Source: Eledone cirrhosa (lineage: Eukaryota). Taken from it: a stretch of DNA of 64,000 nucleotides. The DNA lies in NCBI GenBank assembly GCA_964016885.1, contig OZ024751.1, forward strand, positions 21,452,001-21,516,000, read 5' to 3'. The translations under genes and the position numbers were made by a program. This document shows, one piece after another, positions 14,365-28,390 of the stretch. How positions within the stretch are numbered: position 1 is the stretch's first letter; every line of letters begins with the position of its first letter. The notes beneath the pieces were generated by a model. That model saw only the letters and a list, made by a program, of their open reading frames with translations, did not search any database and was not told the origin of the DNA.

Positions 14365-14524
14365 TTCTGTCATCATATGCAGAGTCTTGTTAAAGAGGCA
14401 AAGCTGTTTGCTGGAAGTCTTCTGACAATTTATGAACAGGTCCCAAGATAACTGGACGCCTTCGTGAAAGCTTTGCGGTGTTACTGCGGCGTGGGAGTTC
14501 AAGAACAAGTAGTCCGAGTATAGT
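14365..14524 (-). CDS. CHST15: CHST15-like coding exon 5
   Basis: ctag/gtaagt boundaries, phase matches; RLYSDYLF (3'-phosphate-binding motif end)..FHEGV..CQKTSSKQLCLFN. Confidence 0.9.
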
Positions 14525-15258
14525 CTAGAAATAGAATAAATATACGAACATCTTAGCAGTTCATTTGCACACACAGGGACAGCGCAAAAAGAGAGAGAAG
14601 GGGGGGGGGGGGGGCGAAACACAAATACAAACATACACATACTCACATAAACACACGCACACACAAACACTAAGATACAAGCACACACATAAACATACAA
14701 ACACTAAGACAAACACATGCACACAGAAGAATGGTCACTATTTTGATTACTCTTGTTTTCTGGCGCTATAGTAAAAAAAAACCTTGGGTTTTTGTTCCGT
14801 GTATGAACATAAATAAATAATATATATATTACATTTTAGTGGAAACTGTTAATGCGAAGTTTTCGTTTCGAAAGTATTAATTCAAAAATGTCAAACTCGA
14901 GAAATATGCTTCTAGATGTATATCTGAATGAAATCGTAGGTGGGTCGTCGTGACATACTGTGTGTTTTGGACATTTTAGACCTTGTGGTGCCCATCTCTT
15001 GCCCATGTCTAACATAATAGATTTCTTTAAGAAAAGGAAAGAGAGTGAGAGAGAGAGGAAGTGAGAAAGAAATACAAAGGAAGAATCTTTTTTTATTGAC
15101 CTCGAAAGTATGAAAGGCAAAGTTGACCTCGAAGGGATTTGAACTCCCAGAGAGCAGAGAGCCGAACGACATTGATAATTCGCCACCTTTATCCTTCTCA
15201 ATATACGAGATTATATTTAATAGATGGATGTAAAAGAGATTAGTTTTGTTTGGTTTAC

Positions 15259-15415
15259 CTATCAACCGGATTTCTCAGCATCAAAATAAATTTAACTTTT
15301 GGTGTCAGATGTGAAATGCAATGCGGAGTCAAAATTATAGGTTGTTTCAGCCATCTGTTTTGTGCGATAAGCGGCCACCCAGTAAAATCCCAGAAAACCG
15401 TAGGACTACCTTCAC
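15259..15415 (-). CDS. CHST15: CHST15-like coding exon 4
   Basis: ttcag/gtaaac boundaries; GEGSPTVFWD..KFILMLRNPVDR (3'PB motif). Confidence 0.92.
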
Positions 15416-15502
15416 CTGAAATACACAATATAGTTATCTGTTTTTCTGGGGTGTTTTCCAACAATTATCACAAAAAATGAATATATCTATCTATCTATCA
15501 TA

Positions 15503-15557
<55 letters not shown>

Positions 15558-15560
15558 CTT

Positions 15561-15706
<146 letters not shown>

Positions 15707-16330
15707 CGCCGTGCAATCATTAGGTCTCAGGTTCGATTCCACTGCGTGACATCTTGGAGGAACTATTACTTAACATAGCCTTGTGTGAAGAGACATTGGC
15801 CTAATGGTTGGGATGGTGAACTTACGTTCATAATATCGTCGGTACGATTCCTGGATAGGTTGCTGCTGCGTTGTGTTCTTGAGAAAAACACTTTCACGTT
15901 ACTCCAGTATACTCAGCTGTGAGTGAGTACCACCAGTAGCTGGGGGAGTTAATCCTGCGATTGACCGGCGTCCAGTCGAGGGGTGAGAGATTTACTCTCA
16001 GTCGCTTAACGCCAAGGAAACCGGGGATAAGCACCGACCTGACGGGCCTTCGGCTTAAAACAGACTTTTGAGTCGACCTAAGATTTGTGAATGAAATTGG
16101 GTAGACGGAAACTGTTTGGAAGCCTGTCGGATGTTCTCTACCTGTAATTCAAAGGACCAATCTTTATCCCACACTGTGTCATGCTGAATCTCCCTTATGG
16201 TTACACGTTAATTACACTAACAGGCTGTTCTTTCGGTTGATTGAACAACTGGAATACACATAGTCGAAACCGACGAGAGTCCATTCCATTTCATTTAACT
16301 TCGACTTTTAATTACCAATATCCATGTCAT

Positions 16331-16490
16331 TATCTAGACGTTCAGCTATTTACCTTGTGAAAGAATTGAGTCATACTCACGAACTTATCTAGATATTTAG
16401 TAATGTATCTTAAGAAATAATTGAGTCACGCTCACGAACTTATCTAGACGTTTAGCTAATTATCTTAGGAAAGAACTGAGCCACACTTAC
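16331..16490. repeat. 55-bp tandem repeat x3 abutting the exon 3 splice donor
   Basis: tatctaga..ttgagtca..ctcac recurs at 16331, 16386, 16441. Confidence 0.8.
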
Positions 16491-16610
16491 CTATTATACC
16501 ACAGCATGATTTTTCTGAAGTGTCATTCAATTGTTGTGCAGCCTTATCGAACACTCTCAAATATTCATCGAAAGATTGGAATCTTGAATTATGTGTAAAT
16601 ACATCGTATC
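16491..16610 (-). CDS. CHST15: CHST15-like coding exon 3
   Basis: atag/gtaagt boundaries, 120 nt, phase 1-1; GYDVFTHNSRFQSFDEYLRVFDKAAQQL..GIIG. Confidence 0.88.
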
Positions 16611-16795
16611 CTATATAGAATCGGAAACATAAACCAAATCAATTACGGGTTAAAAGCATGAATGAAATGAGTAAGACCAAGAAATAGCAAATTCATATCA
16701 GTTCAGATTTCCATCATTTCAAGAGTCCGTAAATCCTCGTTTAGTCATAGGAATGCCGTCACGGCTGATTTCTTCTAAAGGAAGAGGGTAGGGGA

Positions 16796-16840
<45 letters not shown>

Positions 16841-17553
16841 GAGAAAAAGATATAAAGGAAGAATTGGCTTGAGTACTAGACGAGTGCCTCATTTATTGAC
16901 CTCAAAGGATGAAAAGCAAAGTTGAGCTGGGCAGGATTTTAATTCAGGGCTAGAAAGCCGTAACGAATACTGCAAAACATTCTATCCGGCGTTCTAACGA
17001 CTCTACCAATTTGAAGCCTTATTTCAGGCCTTTTCTCATTAGAATTTTCTCAAAGAGGGATTTTGAACTGTAATGTTCTTCAATTTATAGAAAGTGAAAA
17101 CATTTTAAAATATACTACAAACATAGTGTAAATGTTATGGAAAAGGTTTGATGCTGAGCATTAGAAACAATGTTTCTGACTTCGAACCCAGCTTCACTCA
17201 TAGTATATATTTAATAAATATGCTTTGTGTAAGATCAGTGCTACAATTAAGGCCAAATAGGCCACCATTAAGAGTGCAGCCCTCAGTGAGGTACATTACT
17301 GAACCTTAAAGTATCACAGTTTTATGAAAATTTGTATAATTAAATTCTATATATTTTTTTTTTCTTGTGATCAATAAACAAATCACTAAACACCATTGCC
17401 GCTTAGCAGCGTTATGGAAGTATCCAAAGAGATGGAGTGTGTCATGTAGCGTTCTGACCTGTCATCTGATTTTTCTTAATGTGGTCGGAGTAAGAAGTGT
17501 CAAAATCTAGGTTCCTCAGTTTACCATGCTGTAAACTGAAATTATTTTATTTG

Positions 17554-17604
17554 TAGGGCTAGGGTTAGGGTTAGGGTTAGGGTTAGGGTTAGGGTTAGGG
17601 TTAG
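17554..17604 (+). repeat. Interstitial telomeric-type (TTAGGG)n tract
   Basis: About 6 perfect TTAGGG units preceded by 2 degenerate ones. Confidence 0.9.
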
Positions 17605-18024
17605 ACCAAGCGCTGGCTGTGGCTGTACTCACAATACATGATTCGATCAAATAATTACCAGCTAGAATCGATTTAATGAACTATAACTGTCCTCGGTGAC
17701 GTTTTTGACATTGTGTTGATACAAGTATTAATTTTATCCAAACAGCTACATTTCCCCTCTCCTTATTAAAAAAAAAAAAACAACAACGACACACTATATT
17801 TCTTTTCTTATGAAAAAGATGTTTTAACCCCGAAATATGAAATATAAGGTATGGGAGTTTACTGCTGTTTTGTTTTGTTTTTCTTACTTTACTTTAGTTT
17901 TCCTGTTGTATTTCTAATTCACGTTGTAGTAGTTTTCCCCAAACAACCATAACCACATATCATATAATGTTTCATATAAACTATGGTGGTCAATAAAATA
18001 AAAATAAAAGTTCTCCATATTTAC

Positions 18025-18244
18025 CGAACCGTCTCCAAGACCACCAGTGCGTTTCTTTGCCAATGACTGCAGTTATTTTCAATAAATCTGGATGTTTGGC
18101 TAATCGTAAGAAGAGATCAGTCGTACCACATTTATCGACTCCAACCAAATAAAAATATGGTAAGCACTTCAAAGTCAAAGTTTTACCGTCTTGCTTTTCA
18201 TACCAACAAGGATTCTTGAAACGACTTGAAAGCGGTAACGGTTT
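18025..18244 (-). CDS. CHST15: CHST15-like coding exon 2
   Basis: tatag/gtaaat boundaries; FKNPCWY..LKCLPYFYLVGVDKCGTTDLF (5'-PSB loop)..KETHWWSWRRFG. Confidence 0.93.
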
Positions 18245-18470
18245 CTATAAACAGAAATATAACTGTTACAAAACAAGTGCGAAGTTGATATTGATGTGTG
18301 TGTGTCTGTGAGTGGGTGGGTGTCTGGGTTTGTCTCTCTTTCTCTCTCTCTCTCTCTCACAGATACACACACACACACACACCACGCACACACACACACA
18401 CACACCCTCTCTCTCTCACACACACACTCTCTCACACACACTCTCTCTCTCACACACTCTCTCACACACA

Positions 18471-18504
<34 letters not shown>

Positions 18505-18968
18505 TTCTCTCTCTCTCTCTCCCACACACACATTCTCTCTCTTTCTCTCTCTCTCATATTCTCTCTCTGTTGGACCTCAGATCGTTCCGACGACGACTGT
18601 TCCAACTATTCAAACAATGGAACAACACGCTCATGAAATTAAAATGTGAGTGGCTGAACACTCCACAAACACGAGTATCCCTTAATGCAATTCTTAGAGA
18701 GACTCAGCGTGTCACAGCGTGTCACAAGGGTGACCTTTTGAATTACTGAAGTAACGTAACGGATAATAAAGTGTCTTGCTCAGGGACACAAAGCGCGGTC
18801 GGGAATCGAATTCATGACATTACGATCGTGAACCAAAGACCCTAACCACTAAACCACACGCCTCCACTGTATTGATTGTAATCTTGTATCGATTAACAAC
18901 TGGCTGCCCTTAAGTCGATCTGGAAACGAATTCAAATGTTGACTTAATAAATTTAAATTGTTATTTAC

Positions 18969-19178
18969 CATCCCGATTATATCGTCAACAACACCGGGTG
19001 TGGATAAATTACTTGGTCGATGGTAAATCTGTAGATCTTCCTTAATATTAAGACGAGATAGTCTTTTGAAAAGGAAAAACTTGATATTAAAAATAAAGTA
19101 ATACACTAGAACTAATGCCAGGAAAATTTTTATAAGACATATTTTTCGTTTTAAAAACCGATAAAAATTTAGCTTCAT
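18969..19178 (-). CDS. CHST15: CHST15-like coding exon 1 (type II membrane anchor)
   Basis: ATG, basic tail, hydrophobic ICLIKIFLALVLVYYFIFNI, phase-0 donor ATG/gtaaat; acceptor ttttcag 20 nt upstream of ATG implies an upstream non-coding exon. Confidence 0.8.
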
Positions 19179-20406
19179 TATGGATCTGCAGGAATTAACT
19201 GAAAAATAGAAATAAAATATATATAAACAAAGAAAGAATTAATGCATTACAAGAATAAAAGATAAAATATCATGTTTAATAATAATTTTAAAGGAACTAG
19301 AACTACGGTGAAACCTCGGTTCACGAATGTCTTAAATCACGAACAAATTGGTTCACGAACAATTTTTCCGAAAATTAACCGTTTCGGTTCAGGAATTGTG
19401 TCTCGAGTAACAAATACACAAAGCGGCAACAACAGTTGGCGACAAGCTTGGAGCATCGACGGGAAAACACCACTAGTTGTGAAGTTAGCTACTATGGTGA
19501 TATATATGTCTTTTACACACAGTCTCTCTCTCTCACTGTATTTCTCTCTCAACATTTAGTATGGGGAAAATAGTTTCGGCTTACGAATGCTCTCCAGGAA
19601 TGAATTAATGATATAAGGGAACCGAGGTTTGACTGTATGGTACCCGATTTTCTAACGCCCTTATTAGCAATTCTGTGTTTGGATTTCAACGTTTCGAATA
19701 CCAATTAAAAGATATTCATGACATTTCGTACTTAATTGTAAATGGAAATAAGATTTGACAAATTCACATAATTATGAAATATGTTTTTCTTAACGAAAGC
19801 AGCAAAATCGTTAGGGTGCTGGATTAAACAATCCTTTGCTATTTATTCCGGATCGCTGCGCTCTGAATTCAAATCGCGCCGCGGTCAACTTTGTCTTTCA
19901 TCTTTTCGAAGTCGATAAATAAAGTAATTGGTCTGTACTGGAGCCAATTCTACATCTCTTTCTCTGAAAGAAATTGCCTGTGTTCCGACCTGGAGAGGGA
20001 TACACTCCGCCAAGTTTAAAATGCCCGAAACACTCTGTGTGCCAGGATGGCGCCCCTACGACTCCACCAGGAGTTAAGGGCCTTTTACCTTACCTTACCT
20101 TTATCCATAATGAATATGTATCAATAGCACAATGCATGAGACACATGACTGTTATAAACATAGTAGAAAACTGTTTCATTTTTTTAATGAAAACCAATGT
20201 TGTTCTATTAAATAGAATATGCTTTCATTAACAATAATTCTGGACAATAGCTATTTTGTGTTTTGGCAACACCAGGTATTCTACTAGTAGAGAGATAAAA
20301 CTCAAAATACAGTTAACAGTTCAATGTCTGATCCTACGCTGCGGTAAGTTGAATAAAATTTGATAGACAGAAACTGTGCTGATGCTTGTAGCCTGTTGCA
20401 CACTCA

Positions 20407-20543
<137 letters not shown>

Positions 20544-21267
20544 CAAACAAACAAACAAACAAACAAACAAACAAACAAACACACAACCAAAACTCCCTAA
20601 CGAGTTGTCTTGTTTACTCTCTTTATTTCCAATTATTTTTTTTATTTGGACTACCTTTATTTCCTGTATCTATCCTTTTGATCCTGTCTCTATTTCTATA
20701 CTCCCGAAGGAGGGCTAAAGTCCGACACGTCGAACTTTCTTTCCCCTTTTCCATATAAAGCGTGAAACTAATAAGACTTTTTGTACCTCTGTTGTTTCCT
20801 TGAACTATATATACATATATGCATACAAACAAGCATTGATATGTATTTATATATCTATGTGTGTGTGTATATTTTGTGTGCGTATGTCTGTTTGTGTTTG
20901 ACTAAGTATGAATGCGTGTGTGTATGTATTTATGTCGTATAACATATCAGTTCGACGTATTATAGTTATAGAGAAGACTGATAAAAGAAACCGACTCAAG
21001 TATAAACTGCCGTTGATATAAGCGACTAAAACATTTAAAGTGTAAAACTTCAAACATGACTGCAGTCTAATGACATAAACTAGTAAAAACCAGTAAAAGT
21101 GTAAAACAATAAGTACATAAATTAATAAAGAAATAGATAAATAAAGAAAAAGGATTGTTTCTCCTTACCTTGGAGTCAGTCGCGCGACAGAGTTGCAATT
21201 AGAAAGTGAAATTGATGATAATCATAAAAGAATAATGGTAATGATTTCTGATATAGGCACCAGGTCA

Positions 21268-21298
<31 letters not shown>

Positions 21299-21354
21299 AG
21301 GCGTGGTGCAAGTTGATTATATCGATTTCAGTACTTAACTGGTACAATAATAAT

Positions 21355-21473
21355 AATTGTTTCTACTTTTGGCACAAGGCCAGCAAATTACCCAGTGCAT
21401 TACTGGTACTTTATTTTATCGACCCCGTAAGGATGAAAGGCAAAGTTAACCTCGGCGGGATTTGAACTCAGAT
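21355..21473 (-). mobile_element. Meta-like SINE, 5'-truncated; a second partial copy follows at about 21500-21573
   Basis: Reverse complement of the SINE core and tail. Confidence 0.8.
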
Positions 21474-22224
21474 TGGAAAGGGCCGTGTACAATAATAATA
21501 ATTGTTTCTACTTTTGGCACAATGCCAGCAATTACCCAGTGTATTACTGGTACTTTATTTTATCGACCCCGTAAAAATAATAATGAATACTAATTTAGTT
21601 AGAAAGCCAGCAATTTGTAAGGGAAGTGAAGAAAGTCAATTAAATTGCCACCAGCACGTTACTGCTGTTTTATTTTATCCAGCCCGAAAGGATGAAAGGC
21701 AAATGCCAACCTCGGTTGGATTTGAACTAAATAATAATGATAATAATATTAGATCTAAATATGGAAATGCATGTGGTGCCCCTCAAAAATAAATATATAA
21801 ATAGATAAATAAAAAAAGACAAAGTTGTATAATATGATCAGCAAGAACTAAAGGGAAGAACGTTAGAAGATTAAAAAATGGGAACGGTTAAAAGAATATC
21901 TCATCCAATCGGACGATGTGTTGTTATCCAATATGAAGCACACGTATTCCAAGATATCGATACCATGTAACAACAGCATCAATAATACGACAATGATGTT
22001 GTTATCCTCATTATAAACCTCTCCCTGTGTGTATCTATCTGCAATGTGGCTTCTATTCCTGCGTTGAACAACTCTGGAAATTTCTAAATGCATAACCACC
22101 CAACCTCTTCCTCCATCGATATATACATGCGTGTGCGTGTGTGTATATATGTGTATAAGTGTGTCTGTGTGTGTGTGTGCGAGTGTGTGAAGGTGTGTGA
22201 GTATGTGTGGGAGAGAGAGAGAGA

Positions 22225-22272
<48 letters not shown>

Positions 22273-22284
22273 GTGTGTGTGTGC

Positions 22285-22315
<31 letters not shown>

Positions 22316-22357
22316 AAAGTGTGTGAGTATGTGTGAGAGAGAGAGAGAGAGAGAGCG

Positions 22358-22398
<41 letters not shown>

Positions 22399-22514
22399 AT
22401 GTGTTTGTGTGTTTTGATGTTTACATGTACAATACGTGTAAATAAATGAATTTATAACTAAATACTACCTTTTTGAAAAATAAAAATAAAAAATTCCATG
22501 TGCCTGTGTGTGTG

Positions 22515-23055
22515 CATGTGTATGCGTGTGTGTGAGTGTGGTGTGTGTGTGTGTGACTGTGTGTGTGGGACGGTATGTATGCGTGTGTACATGTGAGTGT
22601 GTGTGTGTGTGACTGTGTGTGGGGGACGGTATGTATGCGTGTGTGTACATGTGAGTGTGTGTGTGTGTGACTGTGTGTGGGGGACGGTATGTATGCGTGT
22701 GTGTACATGTGAGTGTGTGTGTGTGTGACTGTGTGTGGGGGACGGTATGTATGCGTGTGTGTACATGTGAGTGTGTGTGTGTGTGACTGTGTGTGGGGGA
22801 CGGTATGTATGCGTGTGTACATGTGAGTGTGTGTGTGTGTGACTGTGTGTGGGGGACGGTATGTATGCGTGTGTGTACATGTGAGTGTGTGTGTGTGTGA
22901 CTGTGTGTGGGGGACGGTATGTATGCGTGTGTACATGTGAGTGTGTGTGTGTGTGACTGTGTGTGTGGGGGACGGTATGTATGCGTGTGTGCATGTGAGT
23001 GTGTGTGTGACTGTGTGTGTGGGACGGTATGTATGCGTGTGTGCATGTGAGTGCG
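22515..23055. repeat. Minisatellite, ~57-59-bp unit x9, built on a (TG)n scaffold
   Basis: gtgactgtgtgtgggggacggtatgtatgcgtgtgtgtacatgtgagtgt repeated nine times. Confidence 0.92.
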
Positions 23056-23536
23056 TGTGTGTGTGTGAGTGTGTGTATGTGTACGTGTGCATGTGTATTT
23101 ACAGTAAACTTCGATTAAGTTACTTTTAGACAACAGCTGGCAGTTCAAAAAACAATTATATGGAGAAAGGGGGGAGGGGGTAGTGAAGCAGGAGGAGGAG
23201 GAGGAAGCCGAACAGGGATGAGAGGAATATAGTAGTTGAACAAGAAACTGGGGGGGGGGGGGAGAAGGAAGATAGGCTAGAATTTTGCTCGGTACTTCTG
23301 CTCAAGTTTCATCACACACATACACACACACACATATATCATCATCATCATCATCATCATCATCAGGTTTAGCGTCCGTGTTCCACGCTTGCATGGGTTT
23401 GGACGGGGGTTTTCCCACTTGAGGCAAGAGTGGTTGTCTTGCTCGCATAGGACTGTCTGGCGGGTTTTCTACAGTTGGATGCCCTTCCTAACACCAACCA
23501 CATTTACAGTATGTATATATATATATATACATATTT

Positions 23537-23596
<60 letters not shown>

Positions 23597-23597
23597 T

Positions 23598-23646
<49 letters not shown>

Positions 23647-24385
23647 TGGCTGCCAACTCGTTTTCGAGTACGGCCACTACTTTATATCCATGTAGGAGAA
23701 CCCCTACCGATGCGCTGAACGAATGTGACTTTTTAGTCCAGCCAGCGACTTGAAAACTCTGGTACAAAGACTACACTTGTGACCATTATTGACACATAGT
23801 GCAGGGCCCATGGTACCATGTGATGACAAGTGCAGAGAGATCTCCAGATATAAAGCAATGCCTGTGCTGTGAAGCTTTTATAGTGAGCAAAGGCACTGCA
23901 CAAAGCCAGTCCCACTCTCTTAACCAAGATGATATTTACCAAAAAGAAGAACAAGTCAACATCATTGGATACCATCAGGGTTGCAGGTGTTATATCAGAG
24001 TTTTCCTTCTCCTAGAATTCTGCCTTGACAAAGGCTAAGGGGTCATCTCTCCCGGTGATTTTGGATGGCTATTGAGTCTTAAGAGCTCCCTTGCCCTTTG
24101 ACAGGTTTTGTTTTTAGTCCTGCAGGATGTCCAAAGTCACCCTCCTCACCAAGAAACCTTGGTAGGGTTGCCAGTTTAGTCGCCAACGACCCGACCATGA
24201 GACAGGTTGTACTGGGATACATATATATATATATACACACACACATACATATACATATGTACGTATGGATTATATCAAACATTAATAATAATGTTAGACT
24301 CATTTGTAAACAAACGACCCCGGTTAGAAGCTGTGACTTGTCGGTGACCGGTCGTCATCTGCTTGTTCAACACTGGCTTTGAGGA

Positions 24386-24428
24386 ACAATCAACATGTTT
24401 CTGGGTCATTACCCTTCATCAGGATTGT
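24386..24428 (-). ncRNA. Minimal type-I hammerhead ribozyme motif (family F')
   Basis: ACAATC CTGATGA A GGGT aatg ACCC A GAA AC at GT T GATTGT: stem I, core, stem II, palindromic stem III. Confidence 0.8.
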
Positions 24429-25106
24429 ATACCTCTCTGTCACTGTTCAAAGGTTGAAAATATACATTATTTTCTTAAGTATACATCGCTACTCAGCCGA
24501 TGTATACTTAAGGAAAATTCTATATATTGTCAACCGCAGAATTTACAGAGTTTTGAATAAAATGAAATTGCTATATTTCTACGGGCTCAACTTTGTCTTT
24601 CATAATTTCAAGGTCAATAAAGTAAATCCAGTTCTGTTGGTGTTGACTGTTCCTATAATATCTCTGTCACTTTCTCTCACTCTCATTTCCTGGAAGAAAT
24701 CGGCTGCGTTCAGACTTGGAGAGGAGATTGGCTCCGGCAGGTTTATAATGCCCAAGAAACACTAGGGCGCCTCTACGCTTCCACGAGGAGCAACTGGAAA
24801 AAGCGAAACGAATATAGATGTATGAGCATAAAATGTGTTTAATGCGATAACGATGTTGATGAAGAGGAGTGTGTTGGAAAATAGTCATGGCAGTGGTAAA
24901 CAGAAATCGATTTCGCCTTTTACGCTTTTGAATTTGATACACTTTGCTTTGTTAAAAAAGTATGTGCGTGTGTACATTTGTCTTCGATATATATGTCTAT
25001 ACGTATATTTATATATATATACATATATATGTGTATACATATACATGTATGTATATATATATATGTAAACATATATGTATACATATATGCACATATATAT
25101 ATATGT

Positions 25107-25952
25107 AGGGCGGGTAAAATTCCCGAGATCCATGGACGAGTTCTCTCCAGCGGTCTCTGTCCCTCATCATCGCTGCCATGTCCTGCGTCTCCAAGAGACC
25201 TGTGTCTGTCCTTAGGGCATCAACATATGTTAACCTCAGTCTCCTTTTTCCAGTGTGTCCATGCAGGGGCTCCCACCGGAACACTGAGTGCAGTGTCAAC
25301 TCTGGATATCGGTGAGCATGTCCAGCTAACCTCAGTCTCCTCTGTCCTACTCTCGAGCTGACTTTTGGGAATCAGTGTATACTGATTAATGTTCAGAGCC
25401 ATCCTCAGCATTTTCGTATAGCAACCATCCACCAACTGAGTGAGTTTCTTGGTCAGTGTCAAAGTCTCAGACCCGTACAGCAGCACATACTCCACTAGAG
25501 CAACGAAGAGACAGATCTTCAGGTTTTTATCTTCAGGTGCGACTTCCAGACCGATCTCAAACTGTGGCATGCCGCCCAGGCTTTGCTTTTCCTCTCGACC
25601 ACATCATATTCCCAACCTTTGCTTCCCGTCTACATTAGTAATCTTCTCTGATTTCTTAATATTCTCTACCAGATACTTCGTCTCAATCTCATTCATTCTC
25701 AGCCCCACACTCATCGACACAGTCTCCACCTCCTGCATTAAATCCTCTTCCTCCTTCACTGTATTTGTCACCAAAACTATGTCGTCGGCAAATTCAGCAT
25801 CCGATATCTTTTTTGCTTTAACTCTCCTGCTCTGAGCCGGTGCTACAGTAAAGCCGGAGTCCTGGTGTTTCTCCAGCGCAAGGCGCATACAATAGTCCAC
25901 TACGATGATAAAAAGGTAGGGAGCCAATGTATCTCTATGGAGCACTCCAGCC
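25107..25952 (-). mobile_element. RTE-type LINE fragment (RT domain to 3' end), frameshifted
   Basis: GVLHRDTLAPYLFIIVVD..EFADDIVL, VLLYGSETLTLT..GCYTKMLRMALNI. Confidence 0.9.
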
Positions 25953-26369
25953 ATATATATATATGTGTGTGTGTGTGTATATATATAGAGAAGGGGGGTG
26001 AGACTGGAAATAGCATGGAAAACACTTTTAAGGGTCTGTTTCTCTTTATCTTTCTTTTTTTTCTTTTCCCTTCCTTGATATGTATGTGTGTATATATATA
26101 CAGAGAGAGAATGGGGAAAACATTCGACCGCGAAACCTAGCGGGTGCGGCTTGTATTCGGCAAGCCTTTTCAAATATATATACTGCAACCCTCGCACGTA
26201 ATCGACTTATTGGTATGCATTTAAAATATGTTCGCTGGGGGTTTTAGATGCCCATGTAGCCACGAGTAGATAGAGACAGAGGTGGAGAGAAAGAAAGAAC
26301 TAAAAGACCAGAAAGTCAGAACAAATATTCCAACATTCTATCGATTTTGTGAAATCAGCCGTCAGTAAT

Positions 26370-26473
<104 letters not shown>

Positions 26474-26546
26474 GTTATTTTTATCTAAAGACATTTTTTA
26501 CAATTCCATCCCGCCCGTCCCCCAATCTATTTTATTTCTCATTCTT

Positions 26547-26582
26547 TCTTCTGATGAAGAACTAGCGTCCGAAACGTTAAGA
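26547..26582 (+). ncRNA. Minimal hammerhead motif (family G) in a short element at about 26472-26660
   Basis: TCTT CTGATGA AGAAC tagc GTCC GAA ACGT T AAGA; sister copy at 40133-40168. Confidence 0.7.
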
Positions 26583-26668
26583 CCCTCTTCCTGCTATATC
26601 AAGCGTTAACCTAATATATACCTTCCATATACTGCACCGATTGTGTTTACCTTTTACATACACACATG

Positions 26669-26729
<61 letters not shown>

Positions 26730-26805
26730 CTATCTTGATAAAGCTATTTTTCTCTGTCAAATGTTTTTCCACCTTTCCAACTTCATCTTTCTCTGAACTT
26801 TGTTC

Positions 26806-26841
26806 TTTCCCGATGAAGGACAAACGTCCGATACGTTGAAA
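26806..26841 (+). ncRNA. Degenerate hammerhead motif (family G relative)
   Basis: TTTC CCGATGA AGGAC aaac GTCC GAT ACGT T GAAA; core GAA mutated. Confidence 0.5.
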
Positions 26842-27271
26842 CGTTAATTTTTCTTTTCCAACAAGCAGAAACTAATAAAACTTCGTGGCATTGTATCTCG
26901 GTATTCGTCTTGTCTTGAGTTATATGTATTTGTGTATATTTATATAGTAAATGACGGTGATGATGATGTTGATGAGAATTTTAAATAAAATCCCGAGGGT
27001 ATTTCCTTGAACATCTGTTCCTAATTTACCATTGATATCTAAAGTAAACAGTGATTTACGAACTAGCAGCATTCTTAGAAAATCGATGTCAACAGATGAT
27101 ATCTCAACACAATAAATAATGGGGGAAGAAAGATTGATAACCGCGATACTAATCTCGTATGAAATATTTTTATCTTCACTTTTACTACCTTCAATCAATA
27201 GACTGATGACGATACACATCTCTTTTTTAAAAGAAAACAACAACATCGAAATGAATTTTCGATAATAATAA

Positions 27272-27455
27272 TAATTGTTTCTACTTTAGGCACAAGGCCA
27301 GCAATTACCCAGTGCATTACTGGTACTTTATTTTATCGACCCCGTAAGGATGAAAGACAAAGTCAACCTCGGCGGGATTTGAACTCAGATCGTAAAGGGA
27401 CGTAACTATGCTGGAAAACATGGCGTCCGACCCTCTACCGATACTGCCAATCCAC
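27272..27455 (-). mobile_element. Meta-like SINE, full length
   Basis: Reverse complement of the consensus. Confidence 0.88.
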
Positions 27456-28134
27456 ACCAGAAAGAGAATCGATTCATGTCCTGAATTTACATAGAATATG
27501 CTGTAATAGTATCGCAATCGTCCGACATATGGTAGGTGGAGGTACGGGTTTTGCAGGCGAATGTCCTCTTTCTCCCGTCTCCAGAAGTTAAGTACCCAAT
27601 TTATTCAACTATTTTATAGTTAGCAATGTTGCACACGAAAACCAAACAAAACCCCCAGGTATTGTTGGTACTCAATTTCAGCTGAGTATACCGGAGCAAC
27701 GTAAAATGAAGCGTGTTGCTCAAGAACGCTACGCACAACCCAATAAAGAGGAGGGATAGTAAAAGATATCGCACTGGTAAGTAAACACTTAGTTAATCAA
27801 ACAAAGAGCGCGTAGCTTTGTAATAAATTACGAAATTAAGTGCGTTGTAACCGCTTTTCAAATTATTTCAATACTCTGTAAACAATGTTGTATACATTGT
27901 TTAAAACACACGTTATGCTCCAATTTCTACACATGAAAAGGCAACACAATTTAAGAGTTGATAGTATCAGGAAGTAAAATATTGCATCGTTCCCCAGTTC
28001 TTGGCAGTTGTTCACATGATCGGATCGTTTAGTCATGTATGTATGTATTTATTTATTTATGTATGTATGTAAGTATATATATATGTATGTATATATATAT
28101 GTACATATGTATGCATATATATATATATATATAT

Positions 28135-28348
28135 ATTAAAATAACAGATTAAAGTTTAAGCAAAGAATCGCTGCTTTCACCCTTAACGGGATCTTCTGAA
28201 ACTCCCGTTAAGGGTGAAAGTAGCGATTCTTTGCTTAAACTTTAATCTGTTATTTTAATAAATATTTGTTCTACGGTTCTTATATATTTGATATATATTT
28301 ATCCTTATCGAGCCCTCTTTGGATTTTAGTCTTCAATTTTATTATTAT

Positions 28349-28352
<4 letters not shown>
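28135..28352. mobile_element. Fold-back element family A in (TA)n, hammerhead-like fold at 28153-28203 (-)
   Basis: ~55-bp inverted arms; AGTTT CAGAAGA T CCC gttaa GGG T GAA AGCA..TGCT T AAACT; other copies at 36052, 36354, 48635. Confidence 0.78.

Positions 28353-28389
<37 letters not shown>

Positions 28390-28390
<1 letters not shown>

Noticed and set aside
21863-22099. Coding exon upstream of the CHST15-like gene
   Set aside because: No recognisable homology or convincing donor site.
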